From assembly GCA_050230475.1 (NCBI GenBank), contig JBFLGF010000147.1, forward strand, positions 62,001-87,527: a DNA stretch of 25,527 nucleotides, given 5' to 3'. Below, one piece after another: positions 22,703 to 25,527 of the stretch. Every line of letters begins with the position of its first letter. The stretch's first letter is position 1. The position numbers were made by a program, and so were the translations under genes. Below the pieces are notes generated by a model that was not told the DNA's origin, did no database searches, and saw only the letters and a program-made list of their open reading frames with translations. Source of the stretch: Ancylonema sp. (lineage: Eukaryota).

Positions 22703-23210
22703 CTTGTTTCAGAAACAAAGATTGTTTCAGAATCGCCAAACAGACACAATAATTGTCACATAATTGTCCAGGTCATAACTACTCCTATACTGCAATTTGT
22801 ACAGACATACGTTTTAAATATCACAACTGTATTGCCAAATCTTCAAATTGCAAACTGGCTGCCAAACAGAAACTAGCTATTAATTGAAACAAACTGCCTG
22901 TTATAAAATCCAACACTTTACCTGCACGTGGATTATATTGAAGAAAATCTTCTTTATCATATAATCGACTGCCTTCGTGCCACCAGCACGAAGCCGGTTG
23001 CAGGCTACCTAAACCGCTCTGATCCGCATATTTGCTGGACAGTGACGCGGATGGTTGTTGGTGACAACTCTTTAATGATCAGGCCAAACATAGGGGTTTG
23101 CCTATACATCATGCTACCAAACTGCAGTGAAAGAACATAATTAAGTTCCAACATTGCAGGAGCTTCAATCTATGTCACGTTCGTTTTTTACCTCCATAAA
23201 AGGACACTCT

Positions 23211-24554
23211 CTACACGTAGCCGCACAGGCCGAAGGAGCAGGTGACGCCTGGCGCACAAACAGTTGCACAATTTCCGCAGTGGGCTGGATTGCTTCGGAA
23301 ATCAGTGCAGACACCTCCGCAGCATCCACTGCCGGAAGGGCATATCTTTCCGCAGGATCCGCAATGACTAGGATTTGTTGACAAGTTGGTGCACGTACGC
23401 CTGCGATATATTTGAATCCAGAGGTTAGAAGAAATTACGACAAAGAAATCAAAATATCCATCCTTCGTTCACCAACACCCCAATATGGCAGAACACTGCT
23501 AGCAAGTTGGAGGGGTGGCATACCCGCAGCAGGTTGTGGATCCCACAGGAGTGGGAGGATGCAGACATTCGGTGGCGTTGTGATCGCAGTGATGGCCTTT
23601 AAGAGGGTGATGCCCTTTTCCCAATCCATGGCCACCTCCACCAGGCGGAGGTTTTCCGACCCCCTGTGAAGGAAGTGCATAAAAGGCATTATTAGTTGAA
23701 ATGTAGAGAGTGTAACGACACTTCAGTTTTATAAATTGGCGGAAAGTGAAGCAGAGGCCATGACTTACGGGTGGGTGATGGCCTTTCCCTCCACGATGTC
23801 CCACACCCTGCAGAAAGAAAACACTCACAACTTCAGTCTTTTATCCCCGAATTATTTATGATGTATGAGGCTCCAAGTGATGCATGTTGTCGTATCTCTT
23901 TAGTCTACGGTATGATGAGCATTCAAACACGCGTTCGTTGTCGACGACCTACTTTTGGGTGGTGACCGCCTGTCGGGTGGTGGCCATATGGCGGCACAGT
24001 CCCTTTAGGGACTGCTCTCTTCTTAGTTACGCAAGGATTACCATCCGCTTGCATGTGATGCCCTGTGCCAATGGGGTGAAGACCAGCTGCCAATGCTGGC
24101 TTGCATGGATCGTTACCACCTTTCTGCGCTCAGACATGTGAAATCAGTATTAGTAAATGAATAAAGTCATGACACGGTCCACCTCTGGTCAATTTGAGGC
24201 ACTGCTTGGAATCTGGAATCATGACGCTGAAGGTACGCTGAAGAGTAGGAAGGACAATCTAGTGGATGAAGGGAGTTCCTGAAACAGGAGGAAATCCGAA
24301 GCCCATACACTCAGTACGTGACAACGTACATGGTGACCGACGTTGGGAGGATGGTGGCCGATGGAATGAGAGAGAGGACCGAAAGGAGTTCTCTCTGCTA
24401 GTAGACGAAACGTGTGCAGACCTTGGCTTGAAAATACATCGGTAGAAAGACCTGCCAGAGAAAACTTTGCCTCTACAGGTACAAGAAGAGACGGGAGAAG
24501 CGAAACGATGACAACGAAGATGGCAGACAACAGGAACACGTGAAGATTGGCCAT
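23211..24554 (-). CDS. Secreted STIG1-family (STIG1/GRI-like) cysteine-rich protein with His/Gly/Pro-rich repeat pro-region, 254 aa, 5 coding exons
   Basis: Exons 24554-24330, 24123-23953, 23807-23769, 23663-23524, 23400-23211, GT-AG and in phase. Signal peptide MANLHVFLLSAIFVVIVSLLPSLLVPVEA. C-terminal 16-Cys region CDHNATEC...CCGRTCTNLSTNPSHCGSCGKICPSGSGCCGGVCTDFRSNPAHCGNCATVCAPGVTCSFGLCGYV follows the Stig1 pattern. Confidence 0.88.
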
Positions 24555-25104
24555 AGTCACAACCTGGCCTGTAGGAGAAACCTGTAGAAAAACTGAGCGG
24601 TGGTGATGTGCGTAATGTTTGATTGAAGAAAGTTCTCGCAATATAGCTTCATCCGATCTGCGACTTGGTTTCACGCACTGAGAACGTGGCCGCCGGCATC
24701 ACTCTGCCGACAAGACAAATACGTGGGTACATAACGACAAGAACATGCGACTCTGGACTTGCATCTATGCACCTCTGAACGTGCCAATACAGCCTGGCAC
24801 CTATCTTCCCCATTCTTTACACCTGAATCTGTCAGATGATACGATCGGAAATCGGACAACTGCGCATATTTTATGTCATACAAGTCAGGTACAGCTAAAC
24901 GACACCCAATCGGACCAATGATGTCGGCATGACAATTGTTGTTGTCACCTGCCGCAATGAGTCACCAGCCGACCACCGTGAAGATGCCGTGGTATTAATA
25001 ACGGCTCAGACGGCTCAGACAAATGAGTGCATGATGCTCTATCGGGGCCCACTCCGACGCCCACAGACACGACAGGTGTCGTTCGCAGATATCCTTTTCC
25101 CAAA

Positions 25105-25250
25105 TACAATAAATACTCGTTATAGGCATATCTTCGGTACACCGAAAACGTGTGCCTGTAACGTGGTTCTGTCTGTTACGCGTTTATCGCGTTACAGGCA
25201 TATTTGCCAGGGGCCCTGGGGCAGATGCGCCTGTAACGAGGGACTCTCAA
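25105..25250. mobile_element. Double-hairpin MITE-like element (Tc1/mariner-pogo-like)
   Basis: Hairpin 1, 25118-25163: cgttataggcatat...gtgtgcctgtaacg. Hairpin 2, 25190-25238: cgttacaggcatatttgcc...ggcagatgcgcctgtaacg. Outer inverted termini ctcgtta...taacgag. Confidence 0.55.
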
Positions 25251-25527
25251 AATTTTGACCCCCAGAGCTCATGAGAATCGTCTGCTATGTCGTTGAAAAA
25301 GAATCACCGTTAGATATTGTCTTATTTGCTGATTGAAGCGTGAATACTTACAATGGTATCATATTTACTGGCATGTAGTTTGTGAGATGCGATGGCTGTC
25401 CAAGGTAATGGTCGTTTATTTCGTCCATCCATTTCATCAACCCCTTGCACATCTTTAAAACACCCACACCGACATTCTTTGTCGTCATGTCAGCTGCATT
25501 GAGACCCGTATCAACTTTGCACAACTC

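Noticed and set aside
23435..23689. 84-aa ORF SENLRLVEVAMDWEKG... as an enzyme exon
   Set aside because: Wrong frame. Splice phases place this exon in the GVGKPPP...TTCC frame that joins the STIG1 domain.
24555..24674. N-terminal extension of the STIG1 ORF from the GTG at 24674
   Set aside because: Non-ATG start. The ATG at 24554 directly precedes the signal peptide, and acceptor-like ctacag sites upstream suggest a 5'UTR intron.

Overview
Eukaryotic, intron-rich plant-type DNA. Short GT-AG introns and plant-type PEX11B and STIG1 genes suggest a compact streptophyte genome, perhaps a bryophyte or hornwort (inference only). Four spliced protein genes were reconstructed by hand: cohesin subunit SCC3/stromalin (minus, ~2388-10854), a divergent PEX11B-like gene (plus, 11577-13072), NatC catalytic subunit NAA30/MAK3 (minus, 14524-16320) and a five-exon secreted STIG1-domain gene (minus, 23211-24554) that the ORF track largely misses. 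The rest is transposon debris: a copia 5' end with a tRNA-iMet PBS, a probable related solo LTR, gypsy RNaseH-integrase and protease fragments, a possible pogo remnant and a double-hairpin MITE. The most interesting observations are: (i) NAA30 has a ~200-aa His-rich tail with four identical HVHGPSC motifs encoded by synonymously diverged codons; (ii) the STIG1 precursor has eight GHH units, several resembling CEP peptide ends; (iii) SCC3 has a ~1.5-kb internal tandem duplication joined at a 10-bp microsatellite and two single-base frameshifts in exon 4, possibly assembly artefacts. All family assignments are from motif recognition; no database searches were run.
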